Source of the DNA: Polyangia bacterium
Lineage (GTDB): Bacteria > Myxococcota_A > Polyangia > Fen-1088
Length of the DNA stretch: 64,000 nt
Direction of reading: 5' to 3'
Assembly (NCBI GenBank): GCA_035607055.1
Contig: DATNDC010000232.1
Coordinates: 1,913-65,912, forward strand
Made by a program: the position numbers and the translations under genes. This document shows, one piece after another, positions 1-10,836 of the stretch. The notes under the pieces were generated by a model. That model ran no database searches. It had not been told where the DNA came from and saw nothing but the letters and a program-made list of their open reading frames with translations. Positions within the stretch are counted from its first letter, which is position 1. Each line of letters starts with the position of its first letter.

Positions 1-1968
<1,968 letters not shown>

Positions 1969-1972
<4 letters not shown>

Positions 1973-2427
1973 CCCGGGACGGTGCAGAGACGTCTCTCGC
2001 GCTCGACGATCTGGCGGCGGCGTTCTGCGACGGGACGCTCCCCCGCGCCGCGTGGACGCACGAGGCCCACCTGCGCGTCGGCGCCTGGCACGTGCACCAC
2101 CACGGTCCCGAGGCGGCGCTGCCGTTGCTCCGGGCGCGGATCCGCAGTCTGAACGATCGCCACGGGACGGTGAACAGCGCCACCAGCGGCTACCACGAGA
2201 CGATCACCGGCGCCTACCTGCGGCTCATCGCCGCGTTTCTGGCCGCGACGGCCGGCGCCGATCTCGAGGCGCGCGTGGCCGCGCTGCTGGCCAGCCCACT
2301 CGCCGAGCGTACGGCGCTGTTTCACTACTGGTCGCGCGAGCGCTTGCTCTCGCCGGAAGCGCGCGCGGCCTGGCTGGAGCCGGATCGGACGCCGCTCGCC
2401 TGGCCCCCCACCGGTGGCGCCGGCTGA
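1969..2427 (+). CDS. hypothetical protein (152 aa), His-rich N-terminal half
   Basis: The GTG at 1969 overlaps the upstream stop (GTGA, 1969-1972) and is in frame with the tail of track ORF 574..2427. The rest of that ORF is an out-of-frame overlap of the hydrolase. No family recognised. Confidence 0.5.
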
Positions 2428-2430
2428 CGT

Positions 2431-3360
2431 TCAGGGGAGGCGCGCGACCAGCGCCTCGGACTCCTGCCAGAGGCGCGCCGCCATTCCCATATCGCGTCCG
2501 GCGGCGGTGGTCTCCTCCGGGTTGCAGTCGGAGAAGTAGCCGCCGGTGATCTGGGCGACCGCCGGGCTGGTGGCCAGGTAGCACTGCGTGGCCGCCCCCT
2601 GCGGAATGGTCTTCAGCATGAGGGGCGCCAGCGCCCGCATCGCCAGCTGCCCCAGCTGCGGGATCGTGCGGGTGATGTTGGTGGAGATGACTCCGGGGTG
2701 GAGCGCGTTGGCTGTCTGGCCGGGCTTCCCGCCTCCCCCCAGGCGGCGCGCCAGCTCGCGCGTGAAGAGGATGTTCGCCAGCTTCGACACGCCGTAGGCC
2801 TTCATCGGCGCGTAGCCGCGCTCGCCCGAGAGGTTGTCGAAGTCGATCCCGATCGCGGGCGCCCGGTGGTGCGCCCGGCTGGCCGTCACCACCACGCGGC
2901 CGGTCGGCGCGAGTCGGTCGAGGAGGCCGGTCACCAGGATGAAGTGGCCGATGTGGTTGGTGAAGAGGTGCAGCTCCCAGCCGAGCTTCTGCTGCGGGGT
3001 GGGGATGGCCATCACGCCCGCGTTACAGAGGATGGCGTCGAGCGGCCCGGCGCCGGCCTTGACCGTGGCCACGCAGGCGCGCACCGACGCCGGCTCGCCG
3101 AGCTCGCAGGCGACCGGCAGGAAGTCGCCCGCCAGACCGGCCAGCGCCTCCCGCGCCTTCTCCACCGTCCGCGCGGTGGCCACCACGCGAGCGCCGCGCA
3201 GGGCGAGCACGCGCACCGTCTCGCGCCCGAGGCCCGAGTTGCAGCCGGTCACCAGCATCGTCTTGCCGTGCAGATCGCAGCCGGCGGTCGCCTCTTCGGC
3301 GGTGGTGGCGAACCCGAGCCCGTTCGGCCCCTTGCCCTTCAACGCGGCGATGATCGACAT
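2431..3360 (-). CDS. short-chain dehydrogenase/reductase (SDR)
   Basis: N-terminal dinucleotide motif VTGCNSGLGRET, an NAG motif (NAGVMA) and catalytic YxxxK (YGVSKLAN). 309 aa, a typical classical SDR length. Confidence 0.85.
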   Translation of the reverse strand: MSIIAALKGKGPNGLGFATTAEEATAGCDLHGKTMLVTGCNSGLGRETVRVLALRGARVVATARTVEKAREALAGLAGDFLPVACELGEPASVRACVATVKAGAGPLDAILCNAGVMAIPTPQQKLGWELHLFTNHIGHFILVTGLLDRLAPTGRVVVTASRAHHRAPAIGIDFDNLSGERGYAPMKAYGVSKLANILFTRELARRLGGGGKPGQTANALHPGVISTNITRTIPQLGQLAMRALAPLMLKTIPQGAATQCYLATSPAVAQITGGYFSDCNPEETTAAGRDMGMAARLWQESEALVARLP

Positions 3361-3419
3361 GCGCGCTCAGATACCACGATCGGGGGCGCGGCACCCGCGA
3401 CGAACGTCTGCCCGGCGGC

Positions 3420-4463
3420 TCAGAAGAATGTCCGGCGGGCGAAGAGACGATGCGGGCGGCGCGGCGGCGCGCGGTCGTCGACCAGCGTTCCCTCGACGGT
3501 CACCGGGCCGGTGTTGCCGAACAGGACCAGGCCGGCGGTGTTCTCGCCGCCGGTCCCTTCGACGACCACGCCGAACTGGCTATCGCGGCCGTCGTTGAAG
3601 GTGACCACCGTGTTGCGGGCGCCCGGCGTCAGGGCCGGCTCGCCGCAGCAGACGTCGGTGACGAGCACGCCGTCGCCGTCGGCGTCGGCGCTCGGGTTGT
3701 CCGGGATGCTGACCCGGTTGCGCGTGACGACCGTGCCGTCCGCCGACATGACGAAGATCCCCGCCAGCGAGAAGGTCGCGAACCCGTCGGGGATGGCGCC
3801 GCTGACGTCGTTGCCGGCCACGACGTTGCGCTCGGGCCGGTTGACCGCCGCGCCCGGACCGCCGGGGGCCGCCACGTCGTCGCGGGCGATCTGGATGACG
3901 ATGCCGTCGCCGCCCGCGCAGAGCGCGCCGGTGCAGTCGAAGACCGTCAGATCGCGGATCCGATTGCCGGCGATCACCCAGTCGTCCCCCGCCGTGTCGG
4001 TGACGGCCTGAACGGTCCCCAGAAAGAGGTTGTTCTCCACGCGCACGCGGTTGGCGAAGCGGGCGAAGACGCCCACCGCCAGCGGAGCCAGGTCGGTTTG
4101 GGAGATCCCGCGCCCGTCGAACGCAAAGCCCGAGATCCGCGTTCCGCTGGCGGAGCTGCTGCCGTTCGTGCCGGGGAGATAGAAACCGGCGCGCAGGTCG
4201 CCGTCGATGAGCGGTCCGTCGGCGCAACCGACGATGGTGGCGCCATGGCCGACCAGCGTCAGCGGCGCGCCGATGGTGGCGCCGCAATAGCTTCCGGGCC
4301 CGACCTCGATCACGTCGCCGCCGCCCGCGGCATCGACCGCGGCCTGGATGGTCGGATAGCGCTCCGGGACACGGCGCTCGCGCGCCTCGGCCCGCGCCGC
4401 GACCAACGCCAGCAGCCCACCCAAGAACACCGGCCCAACCTTCGTCATCCACCGTCCAAACAT
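3420..4463 (-). CDS. secreted right-handed parallel beta-helix repeat protein
   Basis: GGAGG lies 6 nt upstream of the ATG at 4463. Signal peptide MFGRWMTKVGPVFLGGLLALVAARAEA. Repeated coil-like segments VIAGNRIRD, VVAGNDVSG and VVTRNRVSI are typical of pectate-lyase-fold/NosD-like beta-helices. Confidence 0.6.
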   Translation of the reverse strand: MFGRWMTKVGPVFLGGLLALVAARAEARERRVPERYPTIQAAVDAAGGGDVIEVGPGSYCGATIGAPLTLVGHGATIVGCADGPLIDGDLRAGFYLPGTNGSSSASGTRISGFAFDGRGISQTDLAPLAVGVFARFANRVRVENNLFLGTVQAVTDTAGDDWVIAGNRIRDLTVFDCTGALCAGGDGIVIQIARDDVAAPGGPGAAVNRPERNVVAGNDVSGAIPDGFATFSLAGIFVMSADGTVVTRNRVSIPDNPSADADGDGVLVTDVCCGEPALTPGARNTVVTFNDGRDSQFGVVVEGTGGENTAGLVLFGNTGPVTVEGTLVDDRAPPRRPHRLFARRTFF

Positions 4464-4740
4464 GAAGAGCCTCCCGCGTAGAGCGCGAATATAGCGCTCG
4501 ATCGGCGCGGCGGTAGCCTACGCTTTGAACCTGGAAGCTGGATTACAGGAGGACGAGTCGCGCAACTGCAGCACGCCTCGGGACAGCGGTGCTACTTGCT
4601 TGTCCCCGCGCGCATCCCCCTAGCGGCTCGTCCTCCGACCAAAACCATAAGGCGTTGGCTGAGCGTCGCAGCCGCATTCGGCCGGGCGCGTTCGGAATCA
4701 GGCAATCCCTGGTGACCGACACCACGCCCGAGAAGGGCGC

Positions 4741-6153
4741 CTACCCCGCGTGGCGCTTCAGCGCGTTGCCGGTGAAGGTGGCGGCCAGATCCCAGATCGC
4801 GCTCGGGAAGCGGTGGGCGTCGGCGAGCACGTCGTCGACGGCCCGCACGATCCAGTCCTCGTCGTCCTGACTGAGACAGAGCGGCGGCAACAGCTTGATG
4901 ACGTACATGTCGTGGCCGGCGACCTGGCTCAGGATCCGGTGGCGGCTGAAGAGCGGCAGCACCACCATCTGGCAGTAGAGGCCTTTGGTGGCTTTGTCCA
5001 CCAGGGCCCAGGCCGCGCGCAGCTTGAGCGACTTGGGCGGGCCGAGCTCGAGGGCGATCATCATGCCGCGGCCGCGCACCTCGGCGAGCAGCTCGTAACG
5101 CGGGACCAGCGCCTGCAGCCGGCGGATCAGGCTCTCGCCGCGGCGGGCGGCGTTCTCCACGAGCTTCTCCTCGTCGAGCACCTGCAGCGTCGCCAGCCCG
5201 GCGGCCATCGCCAGGTTGTTCTTGGCGAACGTCGACCCGTGCACGACGGCGCGGTCCATGCGGTCGAACGTCTTGTCGAAGACCCACTTCTTGCCGACCA
5301 CCGCGCCCACGGGCACGTAGCCGCCCGAGAGCGCCTTGGCCACCAGCACCAGATCGGGATCGACGTTCTCGGCCTGGCTGGCCAGAAAGGTCCCCGTCCG
5401 CCCCAGCCCTGCCTGCACCTCGTCGACCACGAACAGCGTGCCGGACCGCCGGCAGAGGCGCGCCGCCTCGGCCAGGTAGCCGGGGGCCGGGAGGTTGACG
5501 CCCTTGCCCTGGATCGGCTCGACGATGAACGCCGCCACGTCGCCGCGGGCGAGCGCCGCCTCCAGCGCCGGCAGATCGTTCCAGGGGACGCGCACGGCGT
5601 CGGCCAGCAGCGGGCCGAAGCCGTCGCGAAAGACGGCGTCGCCGTTGAGCGACAGCGATCCCATGGTCAGGCCGTGGAAGGCGTGGTCGCAGTAGACCAG
5701 CTTGGGGCGGCGCGTGGCCTGGCGCGCCAGCTTGATGGCCGCCTCCACCGCCTCGGTCCCCGAGTTGCAGAAGAAGACCCGCTCTTGACCCGGCATCCGC
5801 GCTATCAATTTTTCCGCCAGCATCCCGGCCAGCGGCGAGACGTCCATCTGCACGAGGTCGGAGAGATCGGCCGCCAGCACGTCGGCGAGCGCGCGCTTGA
5901 TCGTCGGGTGATTGCGCCCGACGGCGAAGACGCCGAACCCGGAGAGCAGATCGAGGTAGCGCTGCCCGTCCCGGTCGTAGAGATAGGCCCCCTCGGCGCG
6001 CACGTAGTGGCGGTCGAAGCCGATCGTCTTGAGGACCTGGACCATCTTGGGGTTCAGGTACTGCTCGTGGAGCGCGAACTTCTCCCCCGCGCGGGCGGCC
6101 AGGGCGTCGAGGATGCCGCCGTCGCCGTCGCTGTCGCCCCTTGCGGCCTTCAC
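4741..6153 (-). CDS. hpnO: class-III PLP aminotransferase, hopanoid-associated (HpnO-like) by context
   Basis: Motifs FFCNSGTEAVEAAIKLAR, DEVQAGLGRTG and VAKALSGG match the ornithine/acetylornithine aminotransferase family. Start set at GTG 6153, which overlaps the hpnG stop (GTGA, 6150-6153). The track ORF start at 6222 would overlap hpnG by 73 nt. Confidence 0.7.
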   Translation of the reverse strand: MKAARGDSDGDGGILDALAARAGEKFALHEQYLNPKMVQVLKTIGFDRHYVRAEGAYLYDRDGQRYLDLLSGFGVFAVGRNHPTIKRALADVLAADLSDLVQMDVSPLAGMLAEKLIARMPGQERVFFCNSGTEAVEAAIKLARQATRRPKLVYCDHAFHGLTMGSLSLNGDAVFRDGFGPLLADAVRVPWNDLPALEAALARGDVAAFIVEPIQGKGVNLPAPGYLAEAARLCRRSGTLFVVDEVQAGLGRTGTFLASQAENVDPDLVLVAKALSGGYVPVGAVVGKKWVFDKTFDRMDRAVVHGSTFAKNNLAMAAGLATLQVLDEEKLVENAARRGESLIRRLQALVPRYELLAEVRGRGMMIALELGPPKSLKLRAAWALVDKATKGLYCQMVVLPLFSRHRILSQVAGHDMYVIKLLPPLCLSQDDEDWIVRAVDDVLADAHRFPSAIWDLAATFTGNALKRHAG

Positions 6154-6899
6154 GCGGCGCCCCGCATCGGCGCGCAGACCGGCAAGGCCGCGACGGCCGC
6201 GCGCGCCAGCACCTCGGCGCACTGCCCGACCCGCTTGCGCAGGGCGAGCAGCTGCGGCAGGGCGCCCGGATCGCCGAAGAGGCCGCGCAGCACGCGCCCG
6301 CGGTTGACGGCCCCGCCCGGATCGAGGCTCCGGTTGAGCAGCGCCGGCAGCGCCTCGTCGGCCCGGTCGCTCACCGCGCGCAGGACGATCCAGGGGATCG
6401 CGGCCGCCGCGGCGGCCTCGACGTAGGCCGCCGATTCGAGGTCGACCACCGCCGGGCCCGCGCCGGCCTGCTGCGCCAGGCGCCGCTTCTCCTCGGCGCT
6501 GTCGGCGATCCGGCGGGCGCTCACCACCACGCCGGCGCGTCCGCCGGTGGCCTCGACCGTCGCGGCGACGCGCGCGGCGTCGGCCTCGCGGGCCTGCCCC
6601 GCTTCGTCGATCACCCGGCTGGCGACCACCAGGTCGGCCGTCGCCAGCTCGGGGCTGAGCGCGCCCGAGACGCCGACGACGATCAGCGACGCAACGTCGG
6701 AGCCGGCCGCCAGCAGCGCCGCGGCGCCCGTCCGGGCGTTGCGTGCGCCGTCGCCGGTGGCCGCCAGCGCGACTTGCCGACCGGCGAGGCGCCCGCGCTC
6801 GACCGCCAGGCCGGCGTGCGACGCGCGCGTGGCCCCGACGAGCCGCGCACGCAGCGGCGCGAGCTCCTCGGGCATCGCGGCGACGATCGCGATCGTCAT
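6150..6899 (-). CDS. hpnG: hopanoid-associated purine nucleoside phosphorylase/nucleosidase (HpnG-like)
   Basis: PNP_UDP-like sequence (MTIAIVAAMPEELAPL..., VVDLESAA, LRAVSD). It lies directly between hpnH and the aminotransferase on the same strand. Confidence 0.7.
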   Translation of the reverse strand: MTIAIVAAMPEELAPLRARLVGATRASHAGLAVERGRLAGRQVALAATGDGARNARTGAAALLAAGSDVASLIVVGVSGALSPELATADLVVASRVIDEAGQAREADAARVAATVEATGGRAGVVVSARRIADSAEEKRRLAQQAGAGPAVVDLESAAYVEAAAAAAIPWIVLRAVSDRADEALPALLNRSLDPGGAVNRGRVLRGLFGDPGALPQLLALRKRVGQCAEVLARAAVAALPVCAPMRGAA

Positions 6900-6909
6900 C
6901 CGCCTCGAC

Positions 6910-7911
6910 TTACCCTAAAAAGTTCCACGCCGCCATCCGCAGCAGATCCTTCGGGCTCTTGCGGATCCCGCGCACGGCCGAAGCCTCGAACCCGCTGTGC
7001 ATCGCGCAGTTCTGGCACTTGTCGTCCTTCCGCGACTCCCAGTAGGCCCAGTCGGTCTTGGTCCAGAACTCGTTCCAGTCGGGGACGTACTCCTCGCCGA
7101 TGAGGTAGCAGGGCTTCTTCCATCCCTTGGGCGTGAAGGTGACCGTGCTCCACGGCGAGCAGTCATATTCGCGCAACCCCGCGGCGAACTCGAGGTACAT
7201 CGGCGTCGACTGCATCCGGTAGTCCTTGGAGAGCTCCAGCACGCGCCTGAACTTCCCCTGGATCTCTTGCTTGGTGAGGAAGATGTCCGCCTTGACCGAC
7301 TCGTAGTGGTAGCCGGGTGAGACGAGCAGCCCGTCGACCCCCAGTCCCTTGACCAGCTTGCAGAGCTCTTCGATCTCTTCGACCGACGTCTCCTTGAACA
7401 CGGTGGTGTTGGTGGTGACGTGGTAGCCGCGCGCCTTGGCCTGGCGGATCATCTCGATCGCCTTGTCGAACACCCCTTCGCGCGCGCAGACCTTGTCGTG
7501 CGTCTCGCGCATGCCGTCCAGGTGGACGTTGATGGTGAGCCGCTTGTGCGGCGCGATCTTGCCGAACACCTTCTGGTCCAGCACCAGGCCGTTCGTGCAG
7601 AGGTAGATGTGGCGCTGGCGGGCGATGATCCCGGCCACCAGCTCGGGCAGCTCCGGGTACAGCGTCGGCTCGCCGCCGCACAGCGAGACCGTGGGCGCGC
7701 CGCATTCGTCGGCGGCGCGCAGGCAGGTCTCGAGCGGCAGCCGATCGGAGAGCTTGCCGGTGTGCCGCTCGGTCGAGCAGCCCACGCAGGCCAGGTTGCA
7801 GGTATAAAGCGGCTCCAGCATCAGAACCAGCGGGTAGCGGGTCTCGCCCGCGATCGCCTTACGAATCTGGTAGCCGACCTGGTCCGTCGTTATATGAAGC
7901 GGAAACCGCAT
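6910..7911 (-). CDS. hpnH: radical SAM adenosyl-hopene transferase (HpnH-like)
   Basis: CxxxCxxC radical SAM motif CNLACVGC. N-terminus MRFPLHITTDQVGYQI. The ATG at 7911 is preceded by GGAGAG. The track start at 7989 would run through the shc start. Confidence 0.8.
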   Translation of the reverse strand: MRFPLHITTDQVGYQIRKAIAGETRYPLVLMLEPLYTCNLACVGCSTERHTGKLSDRLPLETCLRAADECGAPTVSLCGGEPTLYPELPELVAGIIARQRHIYLCTNGLVLDQKVFGKIAPHKRLTINVHLDGMRETHDKVCAREGVFDKAIEMIRQAKARGYHVTTNTTVFKETSVEEIEELCKLVKGLGVDGLLVSPGYHYESVKADIFLTKQEIQGKFRRVLELSKDYRMQSTPMYLEFAAGLREYDCSPWSTVTFTPKGWKKPCYLIGEEYVPDWNEFWTKTDWAYWESRKDDKCQNCAMHSGFEASAVRGIRKSPKDLLRMAAWNFLG

Positions 7912-7925
7912 GTTCTCTCCTCTCG

Positions 7926-9899
7926 ATGACTGAAGCCGCGCCCATTTCCGAGCCCATTCCCGCTGAACGATTGGTGGTGCCGGTGCCACCGCGCGCCCGC
8001 CTGGACGCCGCCGTCGCCGCAGCGCGCGACTGGCTGCTCACGCGGCAGGCGCCCGAGGGGTTCTGGCAGGGCGAGCTGGAAGGCGACACCACGCTGGAAA
8101 GCTACATCATCTTGCTGGAGACGTTCTTTAATCGTCGCCAAAGCGAAAAAGTCCAGGATCTCGCCCGAGTGATCCGCGCCGAGGCGCTGCCGGAGGGGGG
8201 CTGGCCCCAGTACTTCGGCGGTCCCCCTGAGCTCTCGGTCTCCTGCCTCAGCTACTTTGCGCTCAAGGTGGCCGGTGAGCCGGCCGACGCGCCGCACATG
8301 CGGGCGGCCCGCGCCGCGATCCGGTCGCTGGGCGGCGTGGGGCGCGCGAACACCTATACCCGCCAGCACCTGGCGATGTTCGGGCAGGTCCCCTGGCAGA
8401 GCGTGCCGGCCATCCCGCCCGAGATGATCTTCGCCCCCCGGAACGCACCGTTCTCGGTCTACGACCTCTCGGCCTGGTCGCGCACGATCTTCGTGCCGCT
8501 GTCGATCATCTGGGCCAAGAAACCGGTCGTCGCGCTGCCGCCCGGGTGCGGCGTCGCGGAGCTGCTGGAGGATGCGCGGGCGCTGGGGCCGGCCGGGGCG
8601 GCGCACGCCCCCGACTGGAAGACGGTCTTCCACGGCGTCGACCGGCTGCTCAAGGTCGGGGAGAAGCTCCCGGGCACGGGTCTGCTGCGTCGGCGCGCCG
8701 TCAAGCGCGCCGGCGACTGGATGATCGAGCGCCTCGCCGAGTCGGACGGCCTGTCGGCGATTCTGCCGGCGATGGCCAACAGCGTCCTGGCCCTCAGCCT
8801 GCTCGGCCATGGCGAGAAGCACCCGCTGCTCGCGGAGGCGCTCGGCCACCTCGACGGCCTCCTGCTGCGCGACGAGAACGGCCTGCGCATGCAGCCCTGC
8901 CTCTCGCCCGTCTGGGACACCGTGCTGGCCACCCACGCCCTGCTGCAAGGGTCGCTGGCGCCGGATGATCCGGCGATCGGGCGCGCCGTCGCCTGGCTGC
9001 TGGGCAAGCAAACGCGCCGGCCCGGCGACTGGGTGGTGCGCAACCCGACGCCCCCCGGCGGCTGGTACTTCGAGGCGCGCAACGAGTTCTACCCCGACGT
9101 CGACGACACCTGCATGGCGCTCATGGTGCTGGCGCAAGCCCGCGCGGGGGGGACGCCGGAAGCGCGCCAGGAGGCGTGTGAAGCTGCCATGCGCCGGGGA
9201 TTGGCCTGGATGCTGGGGATGCAGAACGAGGACGGCGGGTGGGCCAGCTTCGACCGCGGCAACGACAAGCGGTGGCTGACCGCGGTTCCCTTCGCCGACC
9301 ACAACGCGATGATCGACCCCAGCACCGCCGACATCACGGCGCGCGTGCTCGAATCGCTCAGCCACTTCCCCGACTACGGCGCCGCCCACCCGGTGGTCGC
9401 GCGCGCGCTCGGATTCCTCCGGCGCGACCAGACCACCGAAGGGTGCTGGTACGGCCGCTGGGGCGTGAACTACCTCTACGGCACCTGGCAGGTGCTGCGC
9501 GGCCTCCAGGCCATCGGCGAGGACCTGCAGGCGCCCTACGTCCGGCGCGCCGTCCGCTGGCTCGAGGCGCGGCAGAACGGCGACGGCGGCTGGGGCGAGA
9601 GCATCGCCAGCTACGATCATCCCGGCGAAAAGGGCGTCGGCGCCTCGACGCCCAGCCAGACCGCCTGGGCGCTCATGGGCCTCGTCGCGGCAGGCGAGGG
9701 GGAGAGCGTCGCCGTCCGCCGCGGCGTCCTGCACCTGCTCGACACGCAGCAGGACGGGACTTGGGCCCAGCTCCCGTGGACCGGGACCGGCTTCCCGCGC
9801 GTCTTTTATCTCAACTATCATTACTACCGGCACTACTTCCCGCTCATGGCGTTGTCGCAAGTCCGCGCCCGGAGTGGAACGTCCACGACCGCGCGCTAG
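7926..9899 (+). CDS. shc: squalene-hopene cyclase
   Basis: DxDD protonation motif DVDDTCMA. Several QW-type repeats (QNEDGGWA, RQNGDGGWGES, QQDGTW). 657 aa. The start could instead be an in-frame TTG/GTG near 7968. Confidence 0.9.
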   Translation: MTEAAPISEPIPAERLVVPVPPRARLDAAVAAARDWLLTRQAPEGFWQGELEGDTTLESYIILLETFFNRRQSEKVQDLARVIRAEALPEGGWPQYFGGPPELSVSCLSYFALKVAGEPADAPHMRAARAAIRSLGGVGRANTYTRQHLAMFGQVPWQSVPAIPPEMIFAPRNAPFSVYDLSAWSRTIFVPLSIIWAKKPVVALPPGCGVAELLEDARALGPAGAAHAPDWKTVFHGVDRLLKVGEKLPGTGLLRRRAVKRAGDWMIERLAESDGLSAILPAMANSVLALSLLGHGEKHPLLAEALGHLDGLLLRDENGLRMQPCLSPVWDTVLATHALLQGSLAPDDPAIGRAVAWLLGKQTRRPGDWVVRNPTPPGGWYFEARNEFYPDVDDTCMALMVLAQARAGGTPEARQEACEAAMRRGLAWMLGMQNEDGGWASFDRGNDKRWLTAVPFADHNAMIDPSTADITARVLESLSHFPDYGAAHPVVARALGFLRRDQTTEGCWYGRWGVNYLYGTWQVLRGLQAIGEDLQAPYVRRAVRWLEARQNGDGGWGESIASYDHPGEKGVGASTPSQTAWALMGLVAAGEGESVAVRRGVLHLLDTQQDGTWAQLPWTGTGFPRVFYLNYHYYRHYFPLMALSQVRARSGTSTTAR

Positions 9900-10792
9900 G
9901 CCGCGCTGGCGATCTCGGCGGCGATCTTGAGGACAGTCGTGCGCGTCAGCTTGGCACCGAGGCCCTGGTCGCGCAGGATCTGCAAATTGGCCGTGGCCAG
10001 CTTGGAGATGAAGGCGTTGAAGGCGACCAGGCCGGCCGGCGCGCCCCCCTGGCGCAGCAGATCGACGTAGGCGGCGGCCTGCGCCAGGTCCTTGCGCGCC
10101 AGCACGAACACCTCGGCGAGCGGCGCTTGCCTCGGCAGGAAGGTGCGCCCCTCCGCGGCGTCGGGGCGGGCGTCCTTGAGGATGTTCACCAGCTGCAGCC
10201 CCTCGCCGAACTCGGCGGCCCGCGCGCGAAGATCTTCGGCCACGCGCGCCAGCGACGGACGCTCGAGCACGAACAGCTCGGTCAGCATCTCGCCCACGAT
10301 CCCGGCCACCGCGTAGCAGTAGTCTTCGAGATCCTGGATCGTCTCCAGTTGCAGCCGGCCGCCCGGCTCGATTCGGCGGACGAAGCTGGCCATCCCCTCG
10401 GCGCTGCGCGCGACGTGCACGCGCAGGATCTCGCGCGCCTGCGGGCGAAGCGCCTGGTATCGCTCGAGCACGTACGGCGTCTCGGCCAGCAGCTCCTGGT
10501 ACCCGGCGTGCAAGAGCGGCGGCTCGCGCGCCCAGCTTTCGGCGAGCGTCCGCGACTCCGCGGCCGGCCGCTCGAGCAGCCCGACGAATTGCTTGAGCGC
10601 CTCCAGCCGCAAGGCCGGGGGCCAGAGGACGGCGTCCTCGAAGGTGTCGATGATCCGGAACAGCAAGTAGGCGATCCCGACCTCGTCGCGGGTCGGTGGA
10701 GGCAGGTACGGGATCGTCAGCGCGAACGTCCGGCTGGTCTTCTGGAGAAGACTTTCGATGTCGGTCACGCCCACATTCCTAGTAGTCCCCAA
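9896..10792 (-). CDS. sqs: squalene synthase (Sqs-type farnesyl-diphosphate farnesyltransferase)
   Basis: SRTFALTIPYLP followed by the first Asp-rich motif IDTFED (DTxED as in Sqs, not the DDxxD of HpnC/HpnD/CrtB). Second motif NILKDARPD. The track start is a TTG; a GTG at 10768 with an AGGA 8 nt upstream is an alternative. Confidence 0.75.
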   Translation of the reverse strand: MGTTRNVGVTDIESLLQKTSRTFALTIPYLPPPTRDEVGIAYLLFRIIDTFEDAVLWPPALRLEALKQFVGLLERPAAESRTLAESWAREPPLLHAGYQELLAETPYVLERYQALRPQAREILRVHVARSAEGMASFVRRIEPGGRLQLETIQDLEDYCYAVAGIVGEMLTELFVLERPSLARVAEDLRARAAEFGEGLQLVNILKDARPDAAEGRTFLPRQAPLAEVFVLARKDLAQAAAYVDLLRQGGAPAGLVAFNAFISKLATANLQILRDQGLGAKLTRTTVLKIAAEIASAA

Positions 10793-10836
10793 GAGATAAA
10801 GCCAGGGACGCGAAAATGCAATGCTTCTGCCGTTTT

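Noticed and set aside
4464-4740. 277-bp intergenic region downstream of hpnO as a possible ncRNA or small gene (track ORFs 4543..4725 -, 4589..4870 +)
   Set aside because: I could identify no conserved structure, tRNA-like arms or riboswitch core. The small ORFs lack an SD and have implausible composition.
7890-9860. 656-aa ORF on the minus strand covering almost the whole of shc
   Set aside because: It is antisense to a gene with clear Shc motifs. Its translation is Arg/Gly/Ala/Pro-rich low-complexity sequence typical of spurious antisense frames in very GC-rich DNA.
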